Shown here in pieces: positions 1 to 16,959 of a stretch of 64,000 nt of DNA; the first letter of the stretch is position 1; each line of letters starts with the position of its first letter. A program made the position numbers and the translations under genes. The DNA comes from Tubiluchus corallicola. Lineage: Eukaryota > Animalia > Priapulida. Where the stretch lies: NCBI GenBank assembly GCA_030141605.1, contig JAQGDQ010000113.1:496001-560000 (forward strand). Direction: 5' to 3'. The notes under the pieces were generated by a model, which was not told where the DNA came from, made no database searches, and saw only the letters and a program-made list of their open reading frames with translations.

Positions 1-747
1 CGGCCGATCAAAATTAGAAAAGGCAAATTATGAGGCATCAAGTGGATTTCAGAAAAAAGGACGATTTGTGCAGACTGCTGTTTAGATGCTACGGGCATTG
101 TTCTCAATATTCTGATTCCAAAAACCCTCACTAGACGGCTCTGGCGGGAAGCAGGCCTTCCGGAAGTGCAAAACTTTGAACAGGAAATGTGCGGAATCGG
201 CCGCAACAATCAAAATGCATGATAGCTATTATATACTGATTGTTTTATTTTATAAGCAAGATTAATTACACTAAAGGAAACTTTAATTATTTAGTTTTGT
301 CCTGAAAATTTGTTAGAAGCAAGCGGCTTGGTTCATTTTATGGAGCTAATGTTACGGTGACTGCAATAAGTACGCTAACTTGCTACTGGTTTTCCTAGAA
401 GCCGAGTTTCTACTACAATAAGGCACATCTGTGTAATACTATACTATACTATAAGGGACTTATAGTTTGAACTATTATGCCAAAGGGATATCTGTATAGG
501 CCTTGGTGATGCAGACGTCATTATTAGTGCTACAGCTGGAAATTGGTATCTTTGATAACAAATTTAACAATTTAGTGCCTCAAATGCAAGGAAAAGCACT
601 AAGTGCTTTAAAGTTAAGTAACTTATTTCATTAATTGTAATTCACTCAGTTGTTATAAGCCTAATAAAAAGTACATCCTTTGAAATAATCATTTTTTCAT
701 TTTATTTGTTTTAATAATATTGAAACAAATATTACGTATTACACAAC

Positions 748-748
<1 letters not shown>

Positions 749-818
<70 letters not shown>
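749..818. repeat. (TA)n microsatellite
   Basis: Pure TA run; it explains the IYIYIY ORF at 720-1040. Confidence 0.95.
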
Positions 819-821
<3 letters not shown>

Positions 822-834
822 CTAAACCATCTGT

Positions 835-1060
835 TTATTATGCCCCAGTACGCGTGGAAGCCTCGCACGGCTCGTACCGCCTGCAGTCTTTTAGAGTACG
901 GTCGAAGAAATTACTGTCGAACACAAGGTCCTCCAATACTTCTTGCAGATGCCCCACAAGTTTGTCTTTTGAATACGGATCAATGGCATGTTCTTGGATC
1001 ATCATGTTCTTTGCCTGCGCTTTTCTGCAATAGCGTTTGACTAGCTATTCCTGCGAATTT
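835..1060 (-). mobile_element. Probable Tc1/mariner transposase C-terminal remnant
   Basis: Minus strand reads, with a frameshift, ...LVGHLQEVLEDLVFDSNFFDRTL/RLQAVRAVRGFHAY. This resembles the Tc1 C-terminal 'RLxAVxxAxGxHTxY' motif. Confidence 0.4.
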
Positions 1061-1856
1061 ACAGGCATGCAGTTCGATCGAAAAAAAATCAACTTCAGTG
1101 TTGATCATGCACATTGTCCCAGTAATAATTTGATGTAATAAATTGTTCTATTCTATTACTCGTTGTTTTTGAAACCTCCTAACAAAAAGTTATATACAAT
1201 CCTGCATTTCTATACATGTATTGACAGCCTTCCTTTCTGATTCTAACCCTTTACCCTCAGTGGACAATGGCGGTTTGTAAAAAAAAGTTCGATTGACCAG
1301 AATGATATCTAACCTACCGTTCTGAGTTAATGTGGCCATTCTAAATTTGAATGTTTTGGAATTCCTCCGCTACTAACTGGGTTATTCATTCAGAACTGAT
1401 TTATGGTGAAAAGTTTCTCTCCCTTTCTATCCATCTAAATAAACACACGTGGGAAATTATAAGCCGATTTCAGAAATGCTTCTCCTACATTTCTATACTT
1501 ACAAACTGAAACAACAACTTCTTTTTAATTATTATCTATTCTTTATTGCTAAAAATTGTATACAAATGCAAACATAAAATTAAAATCAGTTAACATTAAA
1601 ATCTTGTACACAATAGTTTAAAAAATTGAATAAAGGTAATAGTGTCATATGTAACATGATAAACATACTAAAACAAAACCAATAACTTCAGAAATTAAAG
1701 AGATCAAATCTAAAAAATAAGAATTTCTAATACGTTAATTTGATAGTTACGAACAAATTTGAAGTAAAAAGGTTACTATAGGAATACAGAGTACACGAAA
1801 CAGCAAGCTTCAAATGGGATTTTTATTTTGAATTTTGTATTTTATAATGAGTTTTG

Positions 1857-1905
1857 AAGACCGCTGACGATGGAGAATAATATTGTTCAAAACGTTCTGG
1901 ATCTT
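1857..1905 (+). ncRNA. Decayed minimal (Penelope-type) hammerhead ribozyme motif
   Basis: aagaccg-CTGACGA-t-ggagaa[taata]ttgttc-AAAA-cg-ttc-tggatctt. Stem I, the CUGANGA box, stem II and the short CG stem III are present; GAAA is mutated to AAAA. Confidence 0.4.
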
Positions 1906-3268
1906 GTTAAATGTAAATCAAAAATAACAACATTGGAAATATTACCTTGAAAAGCAATTAGTTTTTAATGAGTGCAAAGGTGACTAACGCAAACAATACC
2001 AGCTTGTTTTCTTTCTTTGGTATTGGTGTAGTTTTACGCAGTTATAATCTATTTGCATAAACCTAGTTTTGATTTATTTTTGTTGTTTTAAGTGATAACA
2101 GTGGGTTAAAACATTTCCCTACTGGAATTCCTTCCCATTCCGTGGAATTGTATGTGGGTGCATTCACATATGACATGATACTCCGCCTGTACCAACCCAC
2201 ACGAACACGTGTGTTGTGTCCTCTGTAAATGAGCCTAGCGGCCAGTGTCTATCGCAAGCCAAAGGGTATAATACGCAAGAATTGTAGGACTCCTAGTGTT
2301 GCCGAGACACACTGCGCAAGGACAGGCAACACGCATGGCTTTCTAAAAGGCTAGGAGGACAGACTGGCTTCAAAGGCTTCTCCTATCACAAGGCGCATGC
2401 GCAAAGTGTAAAATGAATCATGATGCGTTTTGGGTCATGGCCACAACTTTCGTAACTACTAAGCAAATACGTCGATCGTCGCTTGCTCATTAATCTCTTG
2501 CGCAGCAGTTTCTCTTCAACAAATTGCAGTTAAGAAGTGCTGGCAGATGTTAATCTATAACACTATAAAAAATGTGCCAAAAGTTGTCAAAGTGGTATGT
2601 TTTCTCCTGTAATTTATCTAGTTTACAATCTTTCAAAAAACACGTAAATGACTGCTTAGCAATCACAAAACCATAAAGGCATATTGCGTAAGAACACGCA
2701 GTAACTAGTGACTAATTTGCGAAATTGTGAATATATGTACATTTATGTCTATATGCAACAGATATTGGCAAACAACGTTCTACTAGTTGTCGCTTTGCCC
2801 TTTCCAAAATAATTTTTCTTGGTCTGGCAAAATTTTCCTTCTTTATGTAGTAAAATGACCTTTTTAGTGTAAACTATCACATATAAAACGATTAATTTCT
2901 TAAATGTGAACCTAATCCTGTTATAATTCTCTGAACACGCCTTAATTAACTTTAAATATATATATATATATATAATCTTTATTTGTTTAAAGTAGATTAA
3001 CAAAGCAGTATTACCTGATTCATTACATTAAAACATCAGTGCTAATGTCATCTGGGCATTAAACAATGCAATAAATCATCTGGATTAAACAATACATGAA
3101 TTCACGCCAAAAGAAATGCAAGTTCTAATCTGCAAGAACAATAGCAATGTTGTGCTCATTCTTCAGCTAGTAAAGTTACTAAACTCAATATTTATTTTTC
3201 ATCATTGAATATTATCATTCATCAATATTAATTCACCATTGAATTACACAAAAATTTATGACTAAAAT

Positions 3269-5440
3269 TTACAATTTGCTCGTGACTAACGAAATTGTTT
3301 CATTTAGGAAAACACGGCGTTCATTTGCATAACGTGTACATTCAAAAAAGTAATGTGCATGATTTTCAACTAATCTATTACAAGAACATATTGGGCTATC
3401 TGTTAGGTTGCGAGACAACAAATCAGAATTTAACTGTGTAAATTTCAAAGTAAATCTATTTGTTAACATTTCATTGTTTTCTGTCTTCATTCTTTTTTAC
3501 ACAGGTAGTTATCGTAGTATGTTCCCACTCCTTAGAAACAAGGCGTTTAAAAACAGTTTTACTAATACACGTTTGCCTTGATTCAATACTTAGCTTATTC
3601 CAAAGCCTAATTGCACTCTGGAAAAAACAGTTATATAGTTGAGCAGTAGATTCTAAAAGGTACTGATCACGCAGCGAGTAATGTCTGATAGAACGACACT
3701 TTTCAAAAGTGGTACATAAGTATTGAGGAGCATTATGATAATATATTTTTTGCAAAATATATACCGTAAGTAATTCACTCCTTTCTTTAAGTGATGGAAG
3801 ACCTAGCAACAGATTAAGATTGTGCTGACTCGTACCTCTTATAGCTCCTGCAATACATAGCATTATTTTATACTGAACCCTTTCAATTATAATAAAATTG
3901 TCAGTTGAACAATTGGCCCATATTACGATTCCGTATTCTAACAATGGTCTTATAAAGGTATTATATAACACCAAAGCGGAAATGATTAATTTTGTGTTTC
4001 AGCGGGGCATATGGCTATATCATTTTATTAGCTTTCTTAATTATGTACTCAACATGTTGGTTCCAGCTAAGTTTGGAATCAAGTACAATGCCTAAGTGTT
4101 TAACAGATGAAACCACTTCAATAGAATTGTCACCAAACTTTATTCCTTCTATAGATGAAGGATTAGTTTTTCGTGAAAACAGAATAACTTTTGTTTTTTG
4201 ACATTTAAAGATAAACCCCATTTACCAACCTAAGGTCGCCAGTAGGTCGCTAATCTGGATGTGACACCTCTACAACAATTCTTTGCTGTCTATTTTCAAG
4301 ATAACTTTCCAACCATTAGAAGAGTATCTTGAATACCAGCACGCTTGAGCTTGTATAGAAGCCCAGCATGCCAGGCTTTGTCAAACGCCTTTGATATATC
4401 AAGGAAAACTCCTATTACGTCTTCATGCCTACTCATACCTTCATAAAATGAGTGAACGACGAGTTGGTAGACCGGTGAGTCACCTGGTCGAAACCTTGAC
4501 TGAATCTTTGTAAAAAACTCTGTACCTACTAAAAATTCATACGTTCTCACAAGTACTATTTTTTCAAAAATTTTAGTTATCGCAGGTAACATTGATACTA
4601 GTAGGTAATTCGTTTTGTCGTTTTTTGGCCCCGATTTATGAATTGGGGTAACATTAGCCATTTTAAGTTCAGATGGGAATATTCCTATATCAAACGATAT
4701 CTGTATCAAATTGGTTAGACTAACATTAATATAGGGTTACACCATCTGAAGCATTTTTGTCTTGATACCATCAAAACTACATGCATTATTCACATCAAAA
4801 TTAAATATTAATTTACCGAAAGTCTGTTAGCGAAATTTTTGTTAACTTGATTAGGCAACGTTAAGTGAGAAGTATTAATATCAGTAATGGAACTAAAATA
4901 TTCATTAAATGATATAGCTTTATTTTTGTTATCATAATAGACGTTATCATGCTCTATTAACGGTGGTATGAACGAAACAGCTTTCCTACCTAACAATTGT
5001 TTTTCAGCACTCCACCACTGTCGATTTGAGATGTTGGATTCGTTGATAATTTTGCTCAAAAGTTTATTCTCATGCACTCCTTTCGCTTTTCTACATGCAT
5101 GTGTATAAGCATTACGTTTTCTCTTGCAATTAATCCAGTCGTTAACTTTCTTAGACTTTATCGCTTTTTTGTATAATCTTTTAACTTTCTTACGAGTTAT
5201 ATAAAGATTCTTGCAATACCAAGGCTTATTTTTAGGGAACACAGTAACAACTTTTTTGGAATGGCCTCGTTGAAATTTGCTTTAAGTAACTGGCTCCAGT
5301 TAGCATAAATTTCATTTACGTGATTTCAATATGGATATGAGACGTGCCATGTAACATCATTGAATACGTCATGTAACCTATCTTGATCTACTTTATTGTA
5401 AAATCACATTTGTCGATTTAATTGCTTTAGAAAACAAGGC
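3269..5440 (-). mobile_element. Degenerate, 5'-truncated CR1/L2-clade LINE ORF2 (RT plus C-terminal Cys/His motif)
   Basis: Collinear broken ORFs: KPW..(4808-5242), KMANVTPIHKSG..FLDISKAFDKAWHAGLLYKL (4296-4709), KHLGIVLDSKLSWNQH (4015-4221), LYNTFIRPLLEYG..RLWNKL (3471-3974), CSC..ENHAHYFFEC (3269-3490). Several frameshifts, and the YADD region appears deleted. Confidence 0.9.
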
Positions 5441-6039
5441 ACGATGTTAACTTGCCCAAATAATACAATGCCATAAATATCATAATGCTTTAAATTTATT
5501 GCCATAAAAATATTATATTCATACATATAATACAGAATTTACATTAGTAAATATAAACAAAATTAAAAATAAAAATGAATGAGTTAGTAAATAATAAAAT
5601 TTATATAAAAAATTCGGTTCTGATAAATAAAATTCTTTACATCATTTTCGTAATATTATGGCTCGCCAAGAAGTCGTCCGACTTATAAAGCCAAATATAC
5701 TGAAAAACGTTCAAATAATGAAAGTAAAAAAATTGTACAATAAAACTTATTTAGCATTATAAAAATGTTATCATATAATTCTCATTTTCTTTTTAAAACA
5801 TGAGTGCGATTTACTTTTGTTCACATCACAAGACAAGTTGTTCCATAACACAGGGCCCTGATAACCAATAAAATATTTCATAAGGTCAGCTCTTGCTTTT
5901 GATGTGTGATGTATGGTATGTAAAATTTCTAACAGGATCACCAGAAATCAATCGTAATTGTTAAACTGTCACTTTAGTTTTAAGCTGTTTCCAAATTTTA
6001 CAAAAAACAACTTGAGGAAAGAATATTTTAAAGATCCAC

Positions 6040-6410
6040 CGACTGCCTGTCTGATTACCTGCCTGACTGACTGACTAACTAACTGACAGATTGGCTGTCT
6101 GACTGACTAGCTGACTCACAAATTGACTAACTAACTAATTAACTGACTAACTGACTGACTGACTGACTGACTGACTGACTGACTGACTGACTGACTGACT
6201 GACTGACTGACTGACTGACTGACTGACTGACTGACTGACTGACTGACTGACTGACTGACTGACTGACTGACTGACTGACTGACTGATTAACTGGCTGAAT
6301 AACTAATTGACTTGCTGACTGACTGACTGGCTGACTCTGGTTGTCTGACTGATCAACTAATTAACTAGACAAGCACGAACTAAGCAACCAATTAATCGAG
6401 TAACTGACTA
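6040..6410. repeat. (CTGA)n tetranucleotide microsatellite with degenerate flanks
   Basis: Pure gact/ctga run at about 6150-6285, with imperfect copies on both sides. Confidence 0.95.
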
Positions 6411-8067
6411 GTCGATTATTTTTCTTCTAACATTCTGTGGATCCAATATAAGACAATGACAAGTGCAAACGCGGTTCTGGTTTGAAAGATTCCTAAAATC
6501 ATCTACTTCAGTTCTCACTAGAAAAAAACGTTGTAAAAAAGGTCATAAATTTCACCAGAGAGTAGTTAGCACATTCTGGATAGATTAAGTTTCACTCAAG
6601 CAATTTTTTATACTTGAATATTTTAAGTCATAAAGGAAAGTCGCGCTGAACTCTCTCAGCTCGGTGAAGGACAGTGAATCCTGAGGAATTCTGCGTGGCG
6701 ACAGAACGTTGAGACCTGAACGTGAAATGTACTCAGTTTTGTCCTTCTCCTTCCCTCTTCTGTCATTATTGTCAAAGATGAAACATTTCTTCCTTTTTAA
6801 AAAGATGAACCCTCGTCCTCCATCCCGACTCTTTACCAAGAGAGAATTTCCCTTCAACTTCTCCGAACAGTAATGGATGATATGGATAATGCCATCCTCT
6901 TTGCACTGTATTACCCAGATTCCCCGAACAACGTCCCGCATAAAAAAAAATCTGTAACGATCTCTTGTTTTTGTTTTCTTCTTGCTTTCATCTTTCTTCC
7001 TTTTAGCTAGAAAAGAAGTCACCAGCTCCTATTTGAATAGCGACATGATAATATTTCTTAACTACCTTTGTCAAATAAATCATGTCGCTGTTCAAGTGAT
7101 TTCTTGTATCGCTTTCTGTCTTTTTTCCTGTCAATATAGACAAAAATTTAATTATTGTCCCGCCAATGTTTCAAACGCAGGCCATCATCACTAGTCGATG
7201 TATTTCTTTTCTAAGTAAGTTCTTTGTGGCTGCTAGATGGTAATTTTTTCATTTTGGAAACTTGCTGCATCTCACCTCGAACGCTTTCTTCCTGCCTCAG
7301 GACCGCAGAGCCTGGGAGATAGTTCTATCTCTAACTTCACCTCCATATGGCTTCAAAGCAATTCGAGAGTCAGTAGATTGAAGTTTTTACTCACTGGACA
7401 TCGCTAGTGGGCTCATTTAAACACTAAACTGAGATGCGCATTGCCTTACATTACTAATGTTGACGGTCATTCATCGGTTAATTTGTATCTGTTGTTCCTG
7501 ACTAATGCACAATCCTATACATTCTAGCCTAGAGGGAAGGGGTTGATCTGTACCAAGGTCTCTTGGACAGCTTAGAAAACTTTATCAGAAGAAAGATAAC
7601 CAATAGCAAAGTTAAAATTTAAAATTAGCTTTAAAATCAACTAAAGTTATAAATCTAGACTCTAAAAAAGGCGGCCTTTACTTGAAGTGGTTATTACGTA
7701 ACACATTTGGCAAGAGTATTTCAAAAATGAAAATGATAAAAAAGCTATAAAAAAAGCTTTGAGAGAGGCCATGTGTTAGCCCCTTATGCTGAGAAAGTCA
7801 CGTACGCTGGGAGGACCACTGAAACGTTTGTGGAAACCATTCGTGCAGAGAAGCAAGGGTAACAGAGAAAGATTTTACGCTTACGTATATGCTGTTACCC
7901 TCGATTTTGCACTGCAGAATATCACGCTACAGTTTTACATAAAATCAAAGTCGATAATCGTTATCGTATTAATGAGATTTTCTTTTGGTGCAGCACTTGT
8001 AACTCAAACAAGCACTTACCCACCCCTTATGCTAAAGAAAAATGAATTTCTCCTGATGCTGGAAAGG

Positions 8068-8074
8068 TATAAAA
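8068..8074 (+). promoter_or_regulatory. TATA box of the hemerythrin gene
   Basis: TATAAAA about 100 nt upstream of the ATG at 8167, with an Inr-like 'gtcact' about 30 nt downstream of it. Confidence 0.55.
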
Positions 8075-8166
8075 GTTTGTGTGAGTAATGACTGGAAGTC
8101 ACTTTGGCTTTTTGCTAGTACTGTGCAGCATCCTGTTTCCTAGACAACAGAGATATCCAGGGCAAG

Positions 8167-11224
<3,058 letters not shown>

Positions 11225-12400
11225 TTATTTGGCAAACTTCTATGATGATTGTGCTCATGAGGGGTTGTTCACACAGCACAAGAGCCAACAGTGAAACTTA
11301 TATCCTATATCACATCTAGATCTTACATGGGTCTCGCATGTAGTGTCAAAGAATTTCATAAGTGTTTTCATTAATCTGAGATCAGTAGTAATTAATGTTG
11401 AACGTAGTTAAATTTTAATCAGATTCTGACATTGTTTCATTACGAATTCATCCATTCCTTCCTGTTCAAACTCCATTGTGATTGTTTTCCTTGTGAAAGT
11501 TATAATTTTGCCTGTGAAATGCTATATAAACTACAACACCACAAATCTCAAAAGAGTTCTTAGATTACTTATAAATTATCACTAATTAGGATCTGTGCAT
11601 TCAAGCTTATTAATATCTACAAATAAAGGTCACGATTCTATTCAAAGAAATTATTTTCTGTAATTATTTTGCAACAGTTGATTGTTTATTGACATATTGA
11701 CTTGCACGTTTTTCAAGAAAAATGGACGAAGTATAAAAACTAGGCATTAGTATGTTTTAAAAGCCTACGATTTATTCACAATCGAAAATTCCAAATGATC
11801 AAAATGAGGAAAGTTGTAAAATGTCTTTGAAATATTAAAAAGCCGTATACGTGTCAAAAAATGTGAAGCATCGGGAATATCATCCAAAAACAGATACAAA
11901 AGTATTATATTCTGTTTGTTACACCTTTAAATAGGTAAACACGGATTCACTAGACACAGAATTACAAAATATTGAAAAACATAACGTAATCCTATACAAT
12001 ATGTGACAAAAAACTTGATGGCGCACAAAAAGTACAAATTTTGATAAAAATTTGCACAAGCTGACACTAACTGAAAGTCAGGGTGTACTATGAATGTAGA
12101 GTTGCTAGAAAGAAAAGGAATTTAAACATGGGAAAAATGGGAAAGGGTGTGATACAAAAACGAATCAACTGAAATCAGATAAACTTGAATAAAAGTTGAC
12201 CAAAAATATAATGCATTGACTAATTACCAGTGTGAACAGTAAGACAAGGACAAGAAAACCATCACTAAAGTTAGCAAAGTATTACTCGATACATTTTCGC
12301 CCTCTCGATTAATCACTGCTTCGCGCTAAGTGACGCTAGCGCACGGCTTAAACATGAAAGACAAGAAGCTGATGGAAAGGAATAGAAACATAAAAAGAAT

Positions 12401-15400
12401 TTGAAATTTCTATGTATCAATATACAAAGTCTGACAAAAAAACATGCATTGCTTAAAGACACAGTTCGTTCATCTGAAAATTTAGTCGTTGGAATAACCG
12501 AAACTTGGCTACACAAGCAAATACCTAATGCCTCCATACAACTGCCTCATCATACACTCATACGTCGAGACCGTCCCACACATAAACGTGGAGGAGGGGT
12601 TGCAATGTACATCCCAAAACACATGTCATTTAACGAAGCCAAAGGAATTAAAACTAACAAAATAGAATCAATTTGGTACAATATCGAAAACTACATTATA
12701 GGTGTCATTTATAAGCCACCAAATCAAAAATACAAGACTTTTCTAAAACATTTTGAAATTGAACTTGAACGTGCTGTACTTGAAAATCAACCAGTTTTAT
12801 TAATGGGGGATTTTAATATCGATATTAATGCAACAAATACTGCTCAGTGCAAAAAGTATAAAGAAGTCTTGGACCAATATAACACGCAAATACTAAACGC
12901 AAGTAATAAACCCACAAGAATCACTAAAACATCATCTACTACCATAGACCACTTTATCTCAAACGCTAAAGACAATTTCCAAGTACAAGAAAACTTCTCG
13001 TGTGATTATTCTGATCATGATTTTATAATAATAGTAGACAAAACAAAACCAACCAAAAACAATACAGGCACAGTCTGGAAAACAGTCAGAGATTATTCTA
13101 CATATAATAAAGATATATTTCAAGATACTTTAGCCAAATTGGACTGGAGTAATATTTACACAATGACTGACATTGACATGCAAATAAACACATTAATAAA
13201 TAATATGGAATACTGCCTGGATATCTATGCACCGTATAAAAAAATTAAAATACATCAGCAGCAATTTAATGCAAAATCTGCCTGCCCTTGGGCGGATACA
13301 GAACTCGCAAAACTAAGACACAATAAAAATGAATTATATAGAACATATTTACATTTAAAAGGTAAAATCAATTACAATAATTACAAAAAGGCACGAAATA
13401 AATTTAATAGCTACAACAGGAAACTCAAAAATAAATATTATATTAATAAATGCAATGATGCAACTACACCTAAACAAAAATGGCGTTTAATTAATGACGT
13501 ACTTAACAGATACAGAAACGATCAATTACAAATAAATAGTTTACGAGAAAATGACAGTATAATATCTGATCCAGTTGACATTGCTAACAAATTAAATTCC
13601 ACATTTATCAATCTCGGAAAATTTGACAACTTGCCACACCAACATAATGCAAATATACACAATATATACAAAAACCAATCAGTAATACAATCCACTTTCC
13701 CATTTACTAGCGTCACAGAATACGACATCTTTAGAATATTAAACAGTTTAAATATAAATAAAGGAAGTGGACCCTCAGACATGCCAATAAAGATCTTAAA
13801 AGACTGTGCCAGCATCATTACTCCTCATTTAACATATATCACAAACCAAGTCTTAATGCGCTCAGAATTTCCAGCAGTGTGTAAACAAGCAAACATAACT
13901 CCAATACACAAGAAAGATGCTAAAGATGATGCTAAAAACTACAGACCAATCTCAGTAGTGCACGTACTAGCCAAAGTATTTGAAAGAGTTATCTACAACC
14001 AAATAAACCATTACATTGAAAATAATAAGTTACTGTCAAATCATCAATTTGGTTTTAGAAAACTACATTCTACAATAGACGCGATAATTGATGCCACTGA
14101 AAAGTGGCGTTACAACTTAAATAAAAATAAATATATAACAGCAGCATTTTTATATCTAAGTAAAGCTTTTGACAGCCTCGATCACAATTTACTACTAGAC
14201 AACTTACGCCAACTAGGATTCGATTATACTTCTCTCAAACTAATTAATAATTACCTACACAATAGAAAACAAAGAGTCAAACTGAACAAACACACTTTTT
14301 CAACATGGGACACACCACAGAGAGGCATCCCACAAGGTACGATATTAGGTCCATTACTCTTTTGTTTATACGTTAATAAAATTCATTTAGTTTTACATAA
14401 TTCAGACTTAACACAATATGCCGATGATACAACACTCTATACAGCACACGCAGACTTTCTAACATCAAAAAATAATCTAGAAAAAGACATAACAAATATA
14501 AATGCAGCATTTAACTATTTTTGTTTAAAAATGAATGATGATAAGACAGAATTTATGGTAATATCACCCAAATCCAATGACATTACTTCTAATGCAACAC
14601 TAAAAGTAGGTGACTGTTCCATAGAACAAGCAAAAACTGTAAAATTTTGAGGCATTACTGTCGACAATAAACTCACTTGGGATGAACAGTTTCATCAAAT
14701 ACACAACAAGATGGCATTAAGCACGACATTCTTACGCCAAACCAGAGGCCATCTAACCAAGAAAACAAAAATTTTCATCTACAAAAGTCTAATATTACCA
14801 CATTATCTATATGGTTGCACTTTACTTCAAAACGTTAAATATGAAAACTTTAGAAAACTAAATACGATGCAAAACTATGCACTTAGATTAATTCATGGCT
14901 ACTCTAACAAAACTGCTAAACAACATGCTGCTTCTGCAACAAGCTTAAGAACGTCCACAAAAATACCAATATTAGAAGCCTATCGAGATTACAAAACACT
15001 GATATTTCTTTATAAATATATAAATAAACTGAGCATTCCATTTATAAACAATCCCTTAGCATTTATTCCTGATACCGCATTGAACACTAGAACATACAAT
15101 TTAAAGCAAATTACAGTAAACAATAAATTTGGAAATAACTCTATATCAAAACAGGCCATACATTTATGGAACTTACTACCCAGTGAAATAAAACAAATAG
15201 AATCTCTCCACCACTTTAAAAAGAAATTAAAAGAATATCAATATAACAGGTTTCAACTTCCACATTGTGCATCTGATACTAATTACACGGACTCCACTTT
15301 CATATACCCCCGCCCCTGACTCCATATAATGATTAAAAATGAATTTTTTTTAAAAAAATTATGTAATGTAATACGTGTTATGTTAGTTTCGTGTTTCGTA

Positions 15401-15670
15401 ATGTTAAATGTATAAATAGTGTGCACTATGTAATGTAAAATTTAATGTACTTTCCTATAATTGTTTGTGAAAATATTTTAATATGGTATTTGTAAATATG
15501 TTCATTATATTGTATATAGTTTGCACTTTAGTTTTTTTAGTATGCACTGGACGCATTTGTCTTGAACAGTGTTGTTATTTTAACATTACGCTGAGGCTAA
15601 CTCAATTTTATTATAATGAGGGAACCGTTTTTATGACAAATAAAGAATTAATATATATATATATATATAT
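12401..15670 (+). mobile_element. Nearly intact CR1/L2-clade LINE ORF2 (APE endonuclease + reverse transcriptase) with 3' UTR and (TA)n tail
   Basis: APE motifs NIQSL, GITETWL, RGGGVAMY, GDFNID, TIDHF, SDH. RT motifs NYRPIS, QFGFR, GIPQGTILGPLLF, YADDT. One in-frame TGA at 14648-14650 (KF*GITVDNKLTW), after which the frame continues to 15319. AT-rich 3' UTR ends in ataaag plus (TA)n. Confidence 0.93.
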
Positions 15671-15674
15671 AATA

Positions 15675-16150
15675 GTAAATTTCAACAGCAGCAGCTACAG
15701 CAACAATGACAACAACTTTAGCAGCAGCTCCAACAACAACATTGCAGTAGCTGACGAATGCAACGCCGCCGCGGCCACCGCGGCCACCGCCGCCAATGAC
15801 GACGAAGATGACAATGATAATAAGGACAAGAAGAAGAAGAAGAAGAAGAAAAAGAAGAAGAAGATTAACAATAACAACAACAACAACAACAACAAGAGCT
15901 GCTGTTGCTGTTGCTGTTTGTCTTCCGAACTGCAATCTCACAATAATGACGATAATAATAATGATGGCACTAGCGATGATACTTAAATGATGAAAATGAT
16001 AATGGTAATGATAACGATAAGGATAACAACAATGATAATGATAATAATAAGGATATTATTGAATAACAAAAGAAAAGAATAAAAAGGAAAGTTAATGTTA
16101 CTAAATTAACATTTAAAAAAGCGAAAATAGATAGATAATAGATAGATAAA
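15675..16150. repeat. Compound trinucleotide low-complexity tract (AAC/AGC/GCC/AAG/AAT/GAT) plus (GATA)n
   Basis: Successive short triplet runs; they explain the overlapping homopolymeric ORFs at 15483-16158. Confidence 0.9.
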
Positions 16151-16959
16151 AGCGGCAAATAAAATAGATAATTCTTAGCAAACTGACTTTCTGCATTCTG
16201 TGTTGAGCATCTACCTGCATTGGAGAAACCAATAAAGAAACCATTTTTTCGAATCTAGAATCATCCACAAACATAGGAGCTGACTTTCTTTATTCACGCC
16301 ATAAACGTTTCCATAACAACATCTTTGATTAATGCAGTACTTGATTTTCGACTTAAGATGTAGTAGAAGCGTGAGACATGAGAGGATTTTTAATACAATG
16401 TGAATAAAACATTGCTTCTTTGCTTCCCCAAGGAAAGTATAAAATTTTTATCTTTTTTTTGTTATTTTGCCTTTTTGCTATCTGGTATCTAGCGTTAACT
16501 TTTGATGAATTTGATAAAAGAATAAGCTAGTAAACTGAAATGGAATTATTTAGTTTCAATGTCAGTTTACGTTTAAATTTGGTCAAAAATTGCTTAGTAG
16601 CGCTAGCTTCAGTTCAAACTACAGACTACAGTTGTCGCTAGGAATGTAAATTATATTCCTTATATAATAGACAGCGATGTATTTGCATGAGGCAGTCTGC
16701 TTGTTTCGGTGTTGGTGGCTTAGTGTCAAAGGAATCTTAAGCCTCACCTAAATTTCTGATAACGTTACGACCTGACAAGTGACGAGATGTGCGAAAAAAA
16801 CAGAAAAAACAATAATATCCCATACGATCGTCATCCAGTTTGGCTTTCAGGAATACTGATCAACACAGCCTGCATTACTCGTTGCTGAAAATATGTCAGT
16901 CAAAAGCTACCTGTTGATAGACAGCAGCATTCGAAAATTCAAAATGTTTGGTTTGAGGC

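Noticed and set aside
130-205. GGCGGGAA and CCGGAAGT motifs as a promoter at the window start
   Set aside because: Plausible for a gene outside the window, but no linked transcript is visible here.
6585-7380. 145-aa minus-strand ORF and adjacent purine-rich stretch
   Set aside because: No recognisable domain, ATG start or convincing splice structure; possibly decayed coding or transposon sequence, but unsupported.
11280-11302. CAGTGA in the hemerythrin 3' UTR (and the 5' UTR hairpin ctgtt..aacag) as an IRE
   Set aside because: No complementary 5-bp stem around CAGTGA, and the 5' UTR hairpin lacks the CAGUG loop.
15560-15580. C-ttgaa-CAGTGT-tgtta in the LINE 3' UTR as a second IRE
   Set aside because: The loop and C match but the upper stem does not pair, and it lies in a transposon.
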